A stretch of 64,000 nt of DNA from Synergistaceae bacterium (GTDB lineage Bacteria > Synergistota > Synergistia > Synergistales > Synergistaceae). This document shows positions 27,680-37,977 of the stretch, one piece after another. The stretch spans positions 6,920-70,919 of the forward strand of contig JAISXR010000166.1 of assembly GCA_031270375.1 (NCBI GenBank), in the 5' to 3' direction. A program made the translations under genes and the position numbers. Under the pieces are notes generated by a model. That model ran no database searches. It was not told the origin of the DNA and was given only the letters and a program-made list of their open reading frames with translations. Each line of letters begins with the position of its first letter. Within the stretch, counting starts at the first letter, position 1.

Positions 27680-28803
27680 AGATGACGCGCTTCGTCGAAT
27701 ATGACCGCGGCAGCGGCGAAATCAACATAAGGGCAGATATCTCGCTATGGCTGATACCGCTCATCCTGAGCGGCATAGGTATCCTTATGGTGACATCGGC
27801 GACGAGCTATATCACGTACGACGAGTCGGGTTCTCCATTTACCATCGGCTTCCGTCAGGCGCGTTATCTTGGACTCGGCTTTATAATCATGTTCCTCTCT
27901 TTCTCCGTTTCAGTGGACAAATGGCGCATACTGGCTCCCGTCCTTTGGGTCGTTTCCGTCGTGCTGACGTTCGGGACTTTGGGCATTGGCGCCCCGGTGA
28001 ACGGCGCGAGGCGTTGGCTGAGATTCGGCGGTTTTAACTTTCAGCCGTCGGAATTGATGATTCTCGCGGTCGTGCTTGAAGCCGCGAAAATATTTGAAAA
28101 AAACTCTTCGAATGAAAAAAAATGCATGCACATAATTCTCATAATCATGGGTGTTTCCGCTTTCCCGCTTCTCAAACAGCCCGATTACGGCACGACCCTC
28201 ATGTTCGTCGCTGTCTGTATGGGCATGTTCGTCGAACGTTTCGGATGGAAATATCCGCTCACGTATGGGATGCTGTTACTACCGGTAATTGTCGGGCTCG
28301 TTTTTATGAAAGACTACAGGATAATACGATTGGTCTCTTTTATAAATCCTTTCAAGGAACGTTTCGACGCCGGTTATCAGATAATACAAAGCCTGATTGC
28401 CTTCACCAACGGAGAAGTATGGGGCGCGGGGCTGGGGCATGGTCTTCAAAAACTTCACTTCCTGCCCGCGGGATATACCGATTTTATTTATGCGATGTTG
28501 GCCGAAGAAATGGGTTTGTTGGGCACAATGGGCGTCATCGCGCTCTTCGCGTTTTGGGTTTTGAGATGCCGTTTCTTGTACAAACGTGCGCGCGACGGCT
28601 TTGAAACCGCTGTGGTCTGGGGCATTACCCTCACGTTATTGCTTCCCTTTTTCATCAATATAGCGGGCGTGACCAAACTCATCCCTCTTACCGGGATGCC
28701 CTTGCCCTTCATCAGTTACGGCGGCAGCGCCATGTCCATGGCGTGGATGCGAATCGGAATTCTTCTTCGGATACATAAAAGCTCATTGAGGGCAGCAGAA
28801 TGA
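27676..28803 (+). CDS. ftsW: Peptidoglycan glycosyltransferase FtsW (SEDS family)
   Basis: It is a SEDS membrane protein (RWL.FGGF.FQPSE, TDFI.A...EE.G). The start was trimmed to the ATG that overlaps the murD stop (ATGA). Confidence 0.85.
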   Translation: MKMTRFVEYDRGSGEINIRADISLWLIPLILSGIGILMVTSATSYITYDESGSPFTIGFRQARYLGLGFIIMFLSFSVSVDKWRILAPVLWVVSVVLTFGTLGIGAPVNGARRWLRFGGFNFQPSELMILAVVLEAAKIFEKNSSNEKKCMHIILIIMGVSAFPLLKQPDYGTTLMFVAVCMGMFVERFGWKYPLTYGMLLLPVIVGLVFMKDYRIIRLVSFINPFKERFDAGYQIIQSLIAFTNGEVWGAGLGHGLQKLHFLPAGYTDFIYAMLAEEMGLLGTMGVIALFAFWVLRCRFLYKRARDGFETAVVWGITLTLLLPFFINIAGVTKLIPLTGMPLPFISYGGSAMSMAWMRIGILLRIHKSSLRAAE

Positions 28804-29924
28804 TGCCGGGGGCCGTTTTGCGCAAGATGATGCTGGTAGCCGGCGGGACCGGAGGGCACATATTGCCCGCGATAACTTTCGGAGACTGGCTCAGGCGCGA
28901 AAAACCCAACGTCACGATAGAGTACATGTCGGGTTCGCGTCCGATAGAACGCGAAATATACCGTGCGTCGAACATAGAGCCCTTCGCGATAGGTATAACA
29001 GGTTCACCCGCCGGAATAAAGGGAGTCCGTTCCTTGCGGAGATGGGCCGATTTGATGAACGGCATCCTCGAAGCCGGACGCATACTGAAAAACTTTTCAC
29101 CCGACGCGTGCGTGATGTTCGGCGGATATGCTTCCGTTCCAGCCCTCGTGTCCGGCCGCGTCAAGGGAATATATTCGATATTGCATGAACAGAACGCCCT
29201 GGCCGGCCGTGTGACGAGACTGGCCTCGAAGCTCGGGGTGAAAATCGCGTCGGGCTGGGAAAACTGCGAGGGCCTGAAACGTTCACGTTACACTCCGGTC
29301 GGGGTTCCGATAAGACATATGCCATTTATGCCTAAAGCAACCGCCTGGAACGCGCTCGGAGTGCGCCCGTACATCGGGAACGGGCCTGTCGTGTCAGTTA
29401 TGACCGGTTCGCTTGGCAGTGAAGGCATGGCGAATATCCTGATTGAATTGACCCAATCGGAGCGCCTGGCATCGTGGTTTTTCCTCTTGCTCGATCCCGA
29501 GACTGAAACGCCGCATTCGGCCGGCAATATAGCCCATGTACCCCATATGTGGGACATATCGCCTCTTTATTGCGTGTCCGACATGCTGATAACGAGGGGT
29601 GGGGCTTCGACTTTGACGGAGGCGATCGCCATGCGGAAACCGACCGTGGTCATTCCGTGGAGGGGCGCGGCGGACGACCATCAGATGAAAAACGCGCACG
29701 AGGCGCTCGCGGTCTCGGGCGATATGACGATCGTATGGGATGAACGCGGGGGTCTCTTGAGTGAATTGGTTCTGAAACTGGAGCATCTTTACGATAAATA
29801 TATAAGGAAAAATGGCCGCACGGCGAACTTGTTGTATAATTCAGGCGAAACCGCTGAGACCAATTGCCGCAGGTTGTGGAATTACGTGTCCAATTATCGG
29901 AAAGGAGAGGTTGACGTTGACTGA
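28800..29924 (+). CDS. murG: UDP-N-acetylglucosamine--N-acetylmuramyl-(pentapeptide) pyrophosphoryl-undecaprenol GlcNAc transferase
   Basis: The GGTGGH motif and GT28 architecture are present. The start overlaps the ftsW stop by 4 nt. Confidence 0.9.
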   Translation: MMPGAVLRKMMLVAGGTGGHILPAITFGDWLRREKPNVTIEYMSGSRPIEREIYRASNIEPFAIGITGSPAGIKGVRSLRRWADLMNGILEAGRILKNFSPDACVMFGGYASVPALVSGRVKGIYSILHEQNALAGRVTRLASKLGVKIASGWENCEGLKRSRYTPVGVPIRHMPFMPKATAWNALGVRPYIGNGPVVSVMTGSLGSEGMANILIELTQSERLASWFFLLLDPETETPHSAGNIAHVPHMWDISPLYCVSDMLITRGGASTLTEAIAMRKPTVVIPWRGAADDHQMKNAHEALAVSGDMTIVWDERGGLLSELVLKLEHLYDKYIRKNGRTANLLYNSGETAETNCRRLWNYVSNYRKGEVDVD

Positions 29925-29934
29925 CGGCTCTCTC

Positions 29935-31353
29935 ATGGATATAAAAGCATATAAAAAAATTCACCTCATGGGAATTGGGGGCGCTGGAATGAGCGGTCTC
30001 GCTCTCATACTGCACGAGATGGGGCATTCGGTGAGCGGATGTGACGCCGAGAATTCCTTTTACGCAGAGAAAGTGCGAAGGGAAGGGGTAGAGATCGCGA
30101 TGGGCCATCATAAATCGCATCTCGACATGTATACTCCCGAACTCATCATACATACGAGCGCGATAGCCCAGGATCATCCTGAGCTGATAGAGGCGCGCAG
30201 ACGCGGAATAAAAGTGGCGCGCCGGGCCGAAATACTGAGTATGCTCTTCAACGGCAAAAAAGGCGTGGGCATAGCGGGAACGCACGGAAAAACCACTACA
30301 TCCTCAATGATATCGATGATAGCCGAATTCGCCGGACTCGATCCTACCGCGGCCATAGGGGGAGAGTTGTCCGACATGGGATGCAACGCGAAAGTCGGCG
30401 GGGGAGAGTATATGGTGGCTGAACTTGACGAAAGCGACGGGTCGTTTGAGCTTTTCTCGACGGAAATAGCGGTGATAACGAACATCGACTGGGACCATGT
30501 GGATCATTATCCGACGCATGAATCCGTCGTGAGCGCGTTCGGGAGGTTCGCGTCGGGCAGAAAACCGAATTCTCCGCTGATAGCGTGCGGCGAGGACGCC
30601 GGAGTGCGGAAAATGCTGCAAAACAGACCCGCCGGCGAGGCAATCCTCTATGGCTGGGGGACCGGCTGGGACTGGGGAGCCACCGAAATTGAGCATCTTG
30701 GCGGCGGCGGCGTGAGGTATACGTTAAATCGTTCCGGGCATCCCGTCGGCGCGGTGAGCCTGAAAGTATCGGGGGAGCACAATGTGTTGAATTCGCTCGC
30801 GGCATTCGCGGCCGGCGAGATGATGGGCATACCCTTTGAGTCCTCGTGCAAGGCCCTCGGTATTTTCAAGGGAGCGAAACGCAGGCTCCAGAATGTGGGG
30901 GAGGCGTTCGGTGTGCTCATATACGACGATTACGGACATCATCCGAGAGAGATAGCCGTGACGATGTCGGCCGTGACGCGCGCTTTCAGGAGGCCACTGC
31001 ACGTGGTCTTTCAGCCGCACCGATATACACGGACGCAGGCACTTTATCGCGATTTCGCGGCGGTTTTGAGCGCCGCCGAAAAAATATACCTTCTTCCGAT
31101 CTATTCGGCCGACGAAATTCCCATTCCGGGCGTGTCGTCGTTCTTGATAACCGATGAACTGCACGCGGCGGGCAGGGGCGACGCGATCATGTGCGTCGAT
31201 TTCGAGGAAGCCGCGGAACACGTATGCGATAACGTACGTCCGGGTGATATGGTGCTGACGATCGGCGCGGGCAGTATCGAATATCTCAGCAGGCAGATAC
31301 TGAAATGCCTTCAGGAAAGAGCGCGCGTAAATGCGGAAACCGCCCTCACCTGA
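29935..31353 (+). CDS. murC: UDP-N-acetylmuramate--L-alanine ligase
   Basis: It has HLMGIGGAGMSGLA and the GTHGKTTT P-loop. The start was trimmed to the ATG at 29935. Confidence 0.9.
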   Translation: MDIKAYKKIHLMGIGGAGMSGLALILHEMGHSVSGCDAENSFYAEKVRREGVEIAMGHHKSHLDMYTPELIIHTSAIAQDHPELIEARRRGIKVARRAEILSMLFNGKKGVGIAGTHGKTTTSSMISMIAEFAGLDPTAAIGGELSDMGCNAKVGGGEYMVAELDESDGSFELFSTEIAVITNIDWDHVDHYPTHESVVSAFGRFASGRKPNSPLIACGEDAGVRKMLQNRPAGEAILYGWGTGWDWGATEIEHLGGGGVRYTLNRSGHPVGAVSLKVSGEHNVLNSLAAFAAGEMMGIPFESSCKALGIFKGAKRRLQNVGEAFGVLIYDDYGHHPREIAVTMSAVTRAFRRPLHVVFQPHRYTRTQALYRDFAAVLSAAEKIYLLPIYSADEIPIPGVSSFLITDELHAAGRGDAIMCVDFEEAAEHVCDNVRPGDMVLTIGAGSIEYLSRQILKCLQERARVNAETALT

Positions 31354-32260
31354 CATTTCGCATTCGTGCGTCAGATACAACGTGCCGCTCGCTCCTCTTG
31401 TAACCTGGGGCGTGGGAGGCGCCGCCCGGATAATGTTCACTCCACGAACGGAGGAGGACCTGTCGAGGGCTGTTTCGTGGATATATTCGAACGGGGCGGA
31501 TTTTTTCGTCCTTGGTAGAGGCTCGAACGTCCTGATATCGGACGCCGTGTTTGAAATCCCCGTCATAAATACCGTGCTGATGTCGGCGATAACGGTTCGC
31601 GAATCCGGGGACACCGTTTATATCGACTGTCTTGCGGGGACACACATAAAAGAAGTGTTGGCGCTCTCTGTGAAAAACGGCTGGAGCGGCCTCGAATGCG
31701 TTTCCGGTATTCCGGGAACAGTTGGCGGCGCCGTGGCCGGCAACGCGGGTTCCAAAACCGGCTCTATCGGTTCGTCGGTCGAATCCATCGTCACGCTGGA
31801 ATGTGACGGGTCCCGTGCCGAGTGGAGCGGGAAGGAAATCGAGTGGGGCTATCGGAGTTGTCCGCTGTTTGGCGGGGAAAAAAGGATCGCGGAAAGCGTC
31901 ACTTTTCGAACCAGGCAGTCGTCGAGGGATGAAGTGGCGCGTCTCGTGGCCGAGACGATGCGGGGAAGAAAATTTCAGCCCGTTTCTGCGAGAACCGCCG
32001 GCTGCGTCTTTAAAAACCCTCCCGGGAACAGCGCCGGAAAATTGTTGGACGAGGCGGGTTGCAAGGGGATTTCCGTCGGAGGCGCCAGAGTGTCCGAATC
32101 ACACGCTAATTTCATAGAAAATTACTCGGGAAGCGCGCGGGATATCCTGTCACTCGCGCTCTTGTGCAGAAAGAGAGTCCTCGAGAAATTTGGGACATAT
32201 TTGGATTTCGAAGTCAAGATGGCGGGGGGTTGGGGGGTGTATCCGGATGCCGGTGAGTAA
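31331..32260 (+). CDS. murB: UDP-N-acetylenolpyruvoylglucosamine reductase
   Basis: It has an FAD-binding PCMH domain (GRGSN.L) and a C-terminal motif (GC.FKNP, SE.HANF). Confidence 0.85.
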   Translation: MRKPPSPDISHSCVRYNVPLAPLVTWGVGGAARIMFTPRTEEDLSRAVSWIYSNGADFFVLGRGSNVLISDAVFEIPVINTVLMSAITVRESGDTVYIDCLAGTHIKEVLALSVKNGWSGLECVSGIPGTVGGAVAGNAGSKTGSIGSSVESIVTLECDGSRAEWSGKEIEWGYRSCPLFGGEKRIAESVTFRTRQSSRDEVARLVAETMRGRKFQPVSARTAGCVFKNPPGNSAGKLLDEAGCKGISVGGARVSESHANFIENYSGSARDILSLALLCRKRVLEKFGTYLDFEVKMAGGWGVYPDAGE

Positions 32261-33050
32261 AGGAAGCGCTTGGAAAAAATATCTGGTATTTATCAGCTTC
32301 TTTTGCGGCTCACTGTATTTCGCGGAGATGCGATACGATTTTTTCAGGCTGAGAGAAATGGAGATATCCCCCGGCAATGTGATACCTGAGGAGTTAATAT
32401 GGCAGGCTATGCCAAGGAGAGCAGTGAATTTTTGGCCGTACCTCATCTTCAACGGAGACGTTTTCGCTGAACGGGTGACGGATTTTTACCCTGTCTCTAT
32501 GAAACTCAGATTCTCTGGATGGGGAAAATATAAATTGACCGTCGAGCCGCTGGATGTAATTCTGTCCGTATCATGGGACTCGAAATTATGGCTCTTGTCT
32601 TCCGACGGTATGATGTGGCAGGCAAATCTCCCTGCCGCCGTCATGGTAAAAGGCCTGAAGTATCCGACGCGCCCCACGCTGGTCTGGGACTCGCAACTAC
32701 CTGTGCCGATAGACGCGGAGCGGAAGAGGGGCGATATCTACACGTCGAATTTACCGATGGAAAGGATACGAAAATGGTACGACACTATCGAGAAAATATA
32801 CTGGCACAAAAGCGTTTCTCATATTCTGGCAAGCAAGATGGCGGGACGCAGGATAGTTCGGATATTGCTGAGCGGCAAGGGACGGGTATTCGGTGAAATA
32901 GTGGTGAAAGACGATGCGTCCGACTGGCTTTCCATAGCGGCGGCGCTTGAAAAAATATACCCCAGCGCATCGGGAGGACTCCCGGAGGGGCTCGTTGTAA
33001 ACGCGACATATACGGATGGAAAAATGCTTGTTGAAAAGAGACATATGTGA
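32247..33050 (+). CDS. ftsQ: Cell division protein FtsQ/DivIB-like
   Basis: It has a single transmembrane helix and a POTRA-like region, and it sits between murB and ftsA. The start was trimmed to the ATG at 32247. Confidence 0.6.
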   Translation: MPVSKGSAWKKYLVFISFFCGSLYFAEMRYDFFRLREMEISPGNVIPEELIWQAMPRRAVNFWPYLIFNGDVFAERVTDFYPVSMKLRFSGWGKYKLTVEPLDVILSVSWDSKLWLLSSDGMMWQANLPAAVMVKGLKYPTRPTLVWDSQLPVPIDAERKRGDIYTSNLPMERIRKWYDTIEKIYWHKSVSHILASKMAGRRIVRILLSGKGRVFGEIVVKDDASDWLSIAAALEKIYPSASGGLPEGLVVNATYTDGKMLVEKRHM

Positions 33051-33101
33051 GACACGCGACGCGCGAATCTATTTTATTTTTAGCGACAGGGAGGGCCCCG
33101 C

Positions 33102-34424
33102 ATGTTATCGTTTATGAAAGCTTCAACTTCGTCAGCATATAGAGGATCGGAATACCTGGTGGGTTTGGACCTCGGCACCAGCAAAATAACCGTTGTCGTG
33201 GCCGAACGCGAGGGATCGTACGGCGAGGCCCAGATAATCGGCATCGGTCAGGCGCCTTCGACCGGAATAAGGAGAGGGCAGATAGTAAATATAGATCAGA
33301 CAGTAAGATCCCTCAGACGCGCCATAGATGACGCCGAAAACATGGTAGGCGAGAATTTATCTGAGGCCACGGTCGCGTTCAGCGGCGCCAATGTCCAGAG
33401 TGTCAAGACGACTGGTATGATCTCACTTGGCAAGGCCCCCCGTTCGGTGATAAGGTTCGACATAGATCGCGTGATAGAAGCCGCGCAGACTGACCTGTCC
33501 GTGCCCAGCGGCAAAATGATACTTCACACAATTCCGGTCGAGTATTCTCTCGACGGCACGACCGGCATCGACGATCCTCTCGGTATGTCGGGCATGAGAC
33601 TGAATATAGAACTCATGTCGGTTATCGTTCCGGTGGCCATCATCCAAAACGTCAAGAACTGCGTGACGAGAGCCGGCCTCGAGGTGAGCGGTCTCGTCAT
33701 CAAACCGCTCGCGTCAGCCCTCGGGACTCTCACTCCGGAAGAGAGCGTCGTGGGCTCCGCGGTGGTGGATTTTGGCGGCGGAACGTGCGGCGTCTCGGTT
33801 TTTTTCGAGGGAAGGCCGAAACATATCGCCGTCGTGCCCGTCGGAGGAGATCATATCACCAACGACATAGCGTTAGTGATGAAAATTCCAACGAACAAGG
33901 CAGAAGAAATAAAAAAAGACATGGCTCTTTTTTCGGATTCGATCGTCCCAGAGACTCCGAACGATCTCGAATTCGAATATATGGGACGCAATTACACCTG
34001 TCCGCTCGATAAACTCACCGATGTCGTGCGGTGCAGAGTAGAGGAGTTATTTTCGCTCTATGTCAAGGACGAAATCGCGGCATCCGGAGTCGCTTCGCTC
34101 CCGGGTGGTCTGATCATCACAGGCGGAGGCTCGAAGAGCGCCGGCATAGATCAATATCTCGCGAAGATAGTCAATATGCCGGTGCGCGTCTCTCTGCCCC
34201 TGGATTCAGGCCGTATGCCGCCCTCCCGCAACGGAGTCGAATATACCTGTGCCTCCGGAATAATACGCTACGTGCTGGAAAGAGAGAGAGATCCGCTCAA
34301 GTACATAGACTCTTCGTTCGAGTCGGAAAACCTCGAGATCATCAATCCGACAAATGCCCAAACGCCGCACAGAAAAAAGACAGTTTTGCAGTACGTGGTC
34401 AATTTGTTCAGGGAGCTGTTTTAG
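33102..34424 (+). CDS. ftsA: Cell division protein FtsA
   Basis: It has an actin-like ATPase fold (GLDLGTSKI, DFGGGT, ITGGGS) and sits immediately upstream of ftsZ. Confidence 0.9.
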   Translation: MLSFMKASTSSAYRGSEYLVGLDLGTSKITVVVAEREGSYGEAQIIGIGQAPSTGIRRGQIVNIDQTVRSLRRAIDDAENMVGENLSEATVAFSGANVQSVKTTGMISLGKAPRSVIRFDIDRVIEAAQTDLSVPSGKMILHTIPVEYSLDGTTGIDDPLGMSGMRLNIELMSVIVPVAIIQNVKNCVTRAGLEVSGLVIKPLASALGTLTPEESVVGSAVVDFGGGTCGVSVFFEGRPKHIAVVPVGGDHITNDIALVMKIPTNKAEEIKKDMALFSDSIVPETPNDLEFEYMGRNYTCPLDKLTDVVRCRVEELFSLYVKDEIAASGVASLPGGLIITGGGSKSAGIDQYLAKIVNMPVRVSLPLDSGRMPPSRNGVEYTCASGIIRYVLERERDPLKYIDSSFESENLEIINPTNAQTPHRKKTVLQYVVNLFRELF

Positions 34425-34473
34425 TAACGAAGATGATTTTGTGGCTCTTAAAAAAGAATTGGAGGGAGTAAGT

Positions 34474-35748
34474 ATGCCGGAGATATTTCAGCTTGAAAAT
34501 CAGGGCCACTCCAGTACCAGCCGCGAAGTGATAAAAGTGGTCGGCGTTGGCGGCGGCGGTTGCAACGCCCTCAACCACATCATACGGGGGCATGTGTGCG
34601 GCGTTGAATTCATAGCCGCCAATACGGACAGGGCACATTTGGATATTGTGGACGCTACTGTCAAGATAATGCTTGGGAAGGAACTCACCCGCGGACTCGG
34701 AGCGGGCGCCGATCCAAATGTCGGCGAAAAAGCCGCCGTGGAAGCGAGAGACGAAGTGCGCGCGGCGCTGGATGGAGCCGATATGATTTTTATCGCGGCC
34801 GGCATGGGCGGCGGCACCGGCACGGGCGCGTCTCCGGTGATAGCGAGCATTGCCAAGGAAACCGGCGCGCTCGTAGTCGCGGTCGTGACGAGGCCCTTTT
34901 CGTTCGAAGGCAAGCGACGCATCGCCGTGTCCGAGGAGGGCCTCGTGAAACTCAAGGAACAGGTCGACGCCCTGATAGTAATCCCCAATGACAAACTACT
35001 GCTCATCTCGGACAAACGGACGCCCGTGAACAAAGCCTTCGAACTCGCTGACAACGTTTTGCATCAAGCCGTCCAGGGCGTCACCGACCTTATATTGAGG
35101 CCCGGCACCGTCAATGTCGATTTCGCTGACGTCCGCACGATAATGAGCAACGCCGGATCGGCAATCATGGGCATCGGCGAGGGTTACGGGGAAAACAGAG
35201 TGGCGACCGCCGCGCATAACGCGATAAACAGCCCGTTGATGGAGGCCCCGATGATAGGCGCGAAGAGGGTACTTTTCAACGTCACCGGCAGTTCCAAACT
35301 GGGCATTCACGAGGTGGAGGAAGCCGCACAGATCATCAACAACGCTTCCGACAGGGACGTGAACCTGATCTGGGGGCAGGTATTCGATCCTGACATGGAG
35401 GATATGGTGAGAATCACCATTATCGCCACGGATTTCGAGGAATCCGCGGTTTGTGCCGCACCCGGTTCGAACGGAGGTCCGCCGGTTTCCGAACGTACCG
35501 CCGACTCGGAACTCCAGAAACCTCCCTCGATGACCATCGCGGGAACCGCCGTGGCGTCTCCGGGCGCTCCCGCCCCGGCGCAGGCAAATAATATCAAAGA
35601 CCCGGAGCCGCTTAAGGGACGTTCCGATATGGGCGAGACGGCGGTCATGTTCTCAGGGTTTCCCGACGACGAAAATCTGTTCGGGATCCAGGGCGTTCCG
35701 CAGGATCAAGTGGATATTCCTTCTTACATCAGAAAAAGAAAACAGTGA
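34474..35748 (+). CDS. ftsZ: Cell division GTPase FtsZ
   Basis: The tubulin signature GGGTGTGA and the NTD and VGVGGGG motifs are present. The C-terminal DIPSYIRKR peptide is the conserved FtsA/ZipA-binding tail. The start was trimmed to the ATG at 34474, which has a GGAGGG ribosome-binding site. Confidence 0.95.
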   Translation: MPEIFQLENQGHSSTSREVIKVVGVGGGGCNALNHIIRGHVCGVEFIAANTDRAHLDIVDATVKIMLGKELTRGLGAGADPNVGEKAAVEARDEVRAALDGADMIFIAAGMGGGTGTGASPVIASIAKETGALVVAVVTRPFSFEGKRRIAVSEEGLVKLKEQVDALIVIPNDKLLLISDKRTPVNKAFELADNVLHQAVQGVTDLILRPGTVNVDFADVRTIMSNAGSAIMGIGEGYGENRVATAAHNAINSPLMEAPMIGAKRVLFNVTGSSKLGIHEVEEAAQIINNASDRDVNLIWGQVFDPDMEDMVRITIIATDFEESAVCAAPGSNGGPPVSERTADSELQKPPSMTIAGTAVASPGAPAPAQANNIKDPEPLKGRSDMGETAVMFSGFPDDENLFGIQGVPQDQVDIPSYIRKRKQ

Positions 35749-35757
35749 GGAGGCGAG

Positions 35758-37284
35758 TTGCCGAAAGTTCCATATGACTGGACCAGTTGGTCGGAAAAAA
35801 GACGTGAAGAAATTCTAACTGTAGATTTGCCCGGCGGCGGGGATTTGCCTTGTGCGATATTTTTTCCCGCGGATTACAAAATCGGGATGGCGAACCTTGG
35901 CATTCATTATATATACAGAGCGTTAAGAGAACTCGGCGTTTCGGCGGAACGTTTCTTCGCCTCGCCGCTGCCCTTCCGCTCCGTTGAAAGCGACACGATG
36001 CTGGAGAGGTTCCCCCTTGTTTTGGGAGGTATATCATACGAACCCGACGTGATAACGTTCGCCCAATGGATTGAACTCGCGGGAATTCGGGCCTCCCGGG
36101 AATACAGAGAATCGTCCTCGTACGCGCAGCCGCTGATAGGCGCGGGCGGCGCACTGACTTACATCAATCCTCTGCCGTTATCGGGAATTTGCGATTTTAT
36201 AATTCTCGGGGACGGAACCGAAACCGTGAGGTTTCTGGTCAAAGTCTTGCGACAAGGGCGCTCGCGCGAGGAAACGCTCTCGACGCTTGCGGAACACCCC
36301 TCGATATTCGTTCCGTCGGTTCACGGAGTCGGAGAACATTCGCTCATCGCCGCTAAGAATGACGTCTCGGGGGATTACGGCCGAAGCACGTGGATTTCCA
36401 AAAACAGCGTATTCAAGGACACTCTGCTTTTGGAACTTCAAAGGGGATGTCCGCACGGATGCCGATTTTGCACCTTGACGGGTTGCTTTTCGCCGGTGAG
36501 AGTTCGCGGCCCGGAACTCGTCGAACGCGATATCGATGAGACTCTCAGCGTCGCGGAATTCTCGCGAATAGGATTTGTGACGCCGGAAGCCGGAGATTAC
36601 GGATATATCGACGAGTTGCTGGATTTTGCGGAACATAGGGGAAAGGGCGTCTCGTTCGCGTCGCTTCGTGTGGATAATCTGACCGAACGCATGATAAAAG
36701 CGCTCGTTTTAGGAGGGGGCCGGACGGTCACGGTTGCGCCGGAAACGGGCGAAGACTCTCTGCGGAGAAAATGCGGAAAACGTTTCAGCAACGAGGACGT
36801 GATCGAAAAATTGGAAATGGCAGCGCGCGCCGGCGCTCGATCGGCGAAAATGTATTTTATGATCGGATTGCCTGGAGAAACATACGAACAGGTGATGTCC
36901 ATTTCAGCATTATGCGAGGATGTGAGGTCCAAAACGGGTCTTGCCGTTACGGCGTCAGTATCGCCCTTCGTTCCGAAACCCGGAACGCCCTGGGCGGGGG
37001 AGGTGTTTGCGGGAGAGAAAAAACTCAAAGTTTTATTTTCTCACTTATCGCGCTTTTTCGGCGGTGTGAGCGGAGTGAAACTGCGTACGGCCGGAATAAG
37101 GGAGGCCTGCGTCGAATACGTGCTTTCCTGGGCCGGGACGGAAGCATCGAGGTTCATTGCCCGCAATGTTTTGTCGGGCATATCGCACAAAAAGCTTCTG
37201 CAACTGTCCGACAGAAAAGAGACTGAAGCGGAATTGCGCAGAATAGGACTCGCGTTTCCGCATTTCATGAAAGGAGGCGCCTGA
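35758..37284 (+). CDS. Radical SAM protein with N-terminal B12-binding-like/Rossmann-like domain (uncharacterised large radical SAM family)
   Basis: It has the CxxxCxxC motif (GCPHGCRFCT). The N-terminal pattern (FPADYKIGMANLGIHYIY, GISYEPD, LIGAGG) resembles the uncharacterised long radical SAM family that often sits near cell-shape genes. Confidence 0.7.
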   Translation: MPKVPYDWTSWSEKRREEILTVDLPGGGDLPCAIFFPADYKIGMANLGIHYIYRALRELGVSAERFFASPLPFRSVESDTMLERFPLVLGGISYEPDVITFAQWIELAGIRASREYRESSSYAQPLIGAGGALTYINPLPLSGICDFIILGDGTETVRFLVKVLRQGRSREETLSTLAEHPSIFVPSVHGVGEHSLIAAKNDVSGDYGRSTWISKNSVFKDTLLLELQRGCPHGCRFCTLTGCFSPVRVRGPELVERDIDETLSVAEFSRIGFVTPEAGDYGYIDELLDFAEHRGKGVSFASLRVDNLTERMIKALVLGGGRTVTVAPETGEDSLRRKCGKRFSNEDVIEKLEMAARAGARSAKMYFMIGLPGETYEQVMSISALCEDVRSKTGLAVTASVSPFVPKPGTPWAGEVFAGEKKLKVLFSHLSRFFGGVSGVKLRTAGIREACVEYVLSWAGTEASRFIARNVLSGISHKKLLQLSDRKETEAELRRIGLAFPHFMKGGA

Positions 37285-37287
37285 AAA

Positions 37288-37977
37288 ATGGCCGCGACAA
37301 CGAGGAGATCGAGAATTATCAAAAGGAAAGGATCGGGGATAACGTTCGGGCATTTCGCCCTTCCGGTTGCCGCCGTGGTGGCATTGGGGCTCCTTTTTGT
37401 GGGGATAAAGCTGTTTTTCCTCACACCGGACAATCACGGCGCCGCGGAAATTACCCGCATAGAAACGCCCGTGTTTTCGGAACAACCGGCGGCGCTAGCC
37501 GATGAACCGGACTTCATGCTCGCAGAGAGCGACCCTGAGATAATTGTGCCAGAAAAATTGGAGACGACGGATGTCTCTTTGGTGCTCGCGAGCCCGCTCA
37601 CTCAATCGGGAAATCCGGCTCGCGCGTCGTCGGGAACAGCCGAACAGACCGCGGGAACCAAGAATACTCAGAAACGCGCTTCGGCCGCCAGCGCCGCAAA
37701 AACTTCGCGCCCCGCGTCTACCGCCGCGGCGAAACCCAGCACAAATGCGAAGTGGGGCGTTCAGGTAGGCTCTTTCGTCAACGAAGGCAGCGCTTCCACG
37801 CTCGTCTCCGAGATCAAAAAGCAGGGGTACTCAGCTTCCGTCAGCAAAGCGGATTTGTCCGGCAAGACTTTTCATCGGGTCAGGGTAGAAGCCGGCAATT
37901 CCAGGGAAGACGCTGACAGTCTGGCCGTGAAATTGCGCGACAAGGGCTATCCGGTCTCTGTCGTACCCATGCTGTAA
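37288..37977 (+). CDS. SPOR domain-containing membrane protein
   Basis: It has an N-terminal transmembrane anchor, a low-complexity Ala/Ser/Thr/Pro linker and a C-terminal SPOR repeat (WGVQVGSF....A..L...L...GY). It starts 3 nt after the radical SAM stop. Confidence 0.75.
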   Translation: MAATTRRSRIIKRKGSGITFGHFALPVAAVVALGLLFVGIKLFFLTPDNHGAAEITRIETPVFSEQPAALADEPDFMLAESDPEIIVPEKLETTDVSLVLASPLTQSGNPARASSGTAEQTAGTKNTQKRASAASAAKTSRPASTAAAKPSTNAKWGVQVGSFVNEGSASTLVSEIKKQGYSASVSKADLSGKTFHRVRVEAGNSREDADSLAVKLRDKGYPVSVVPML

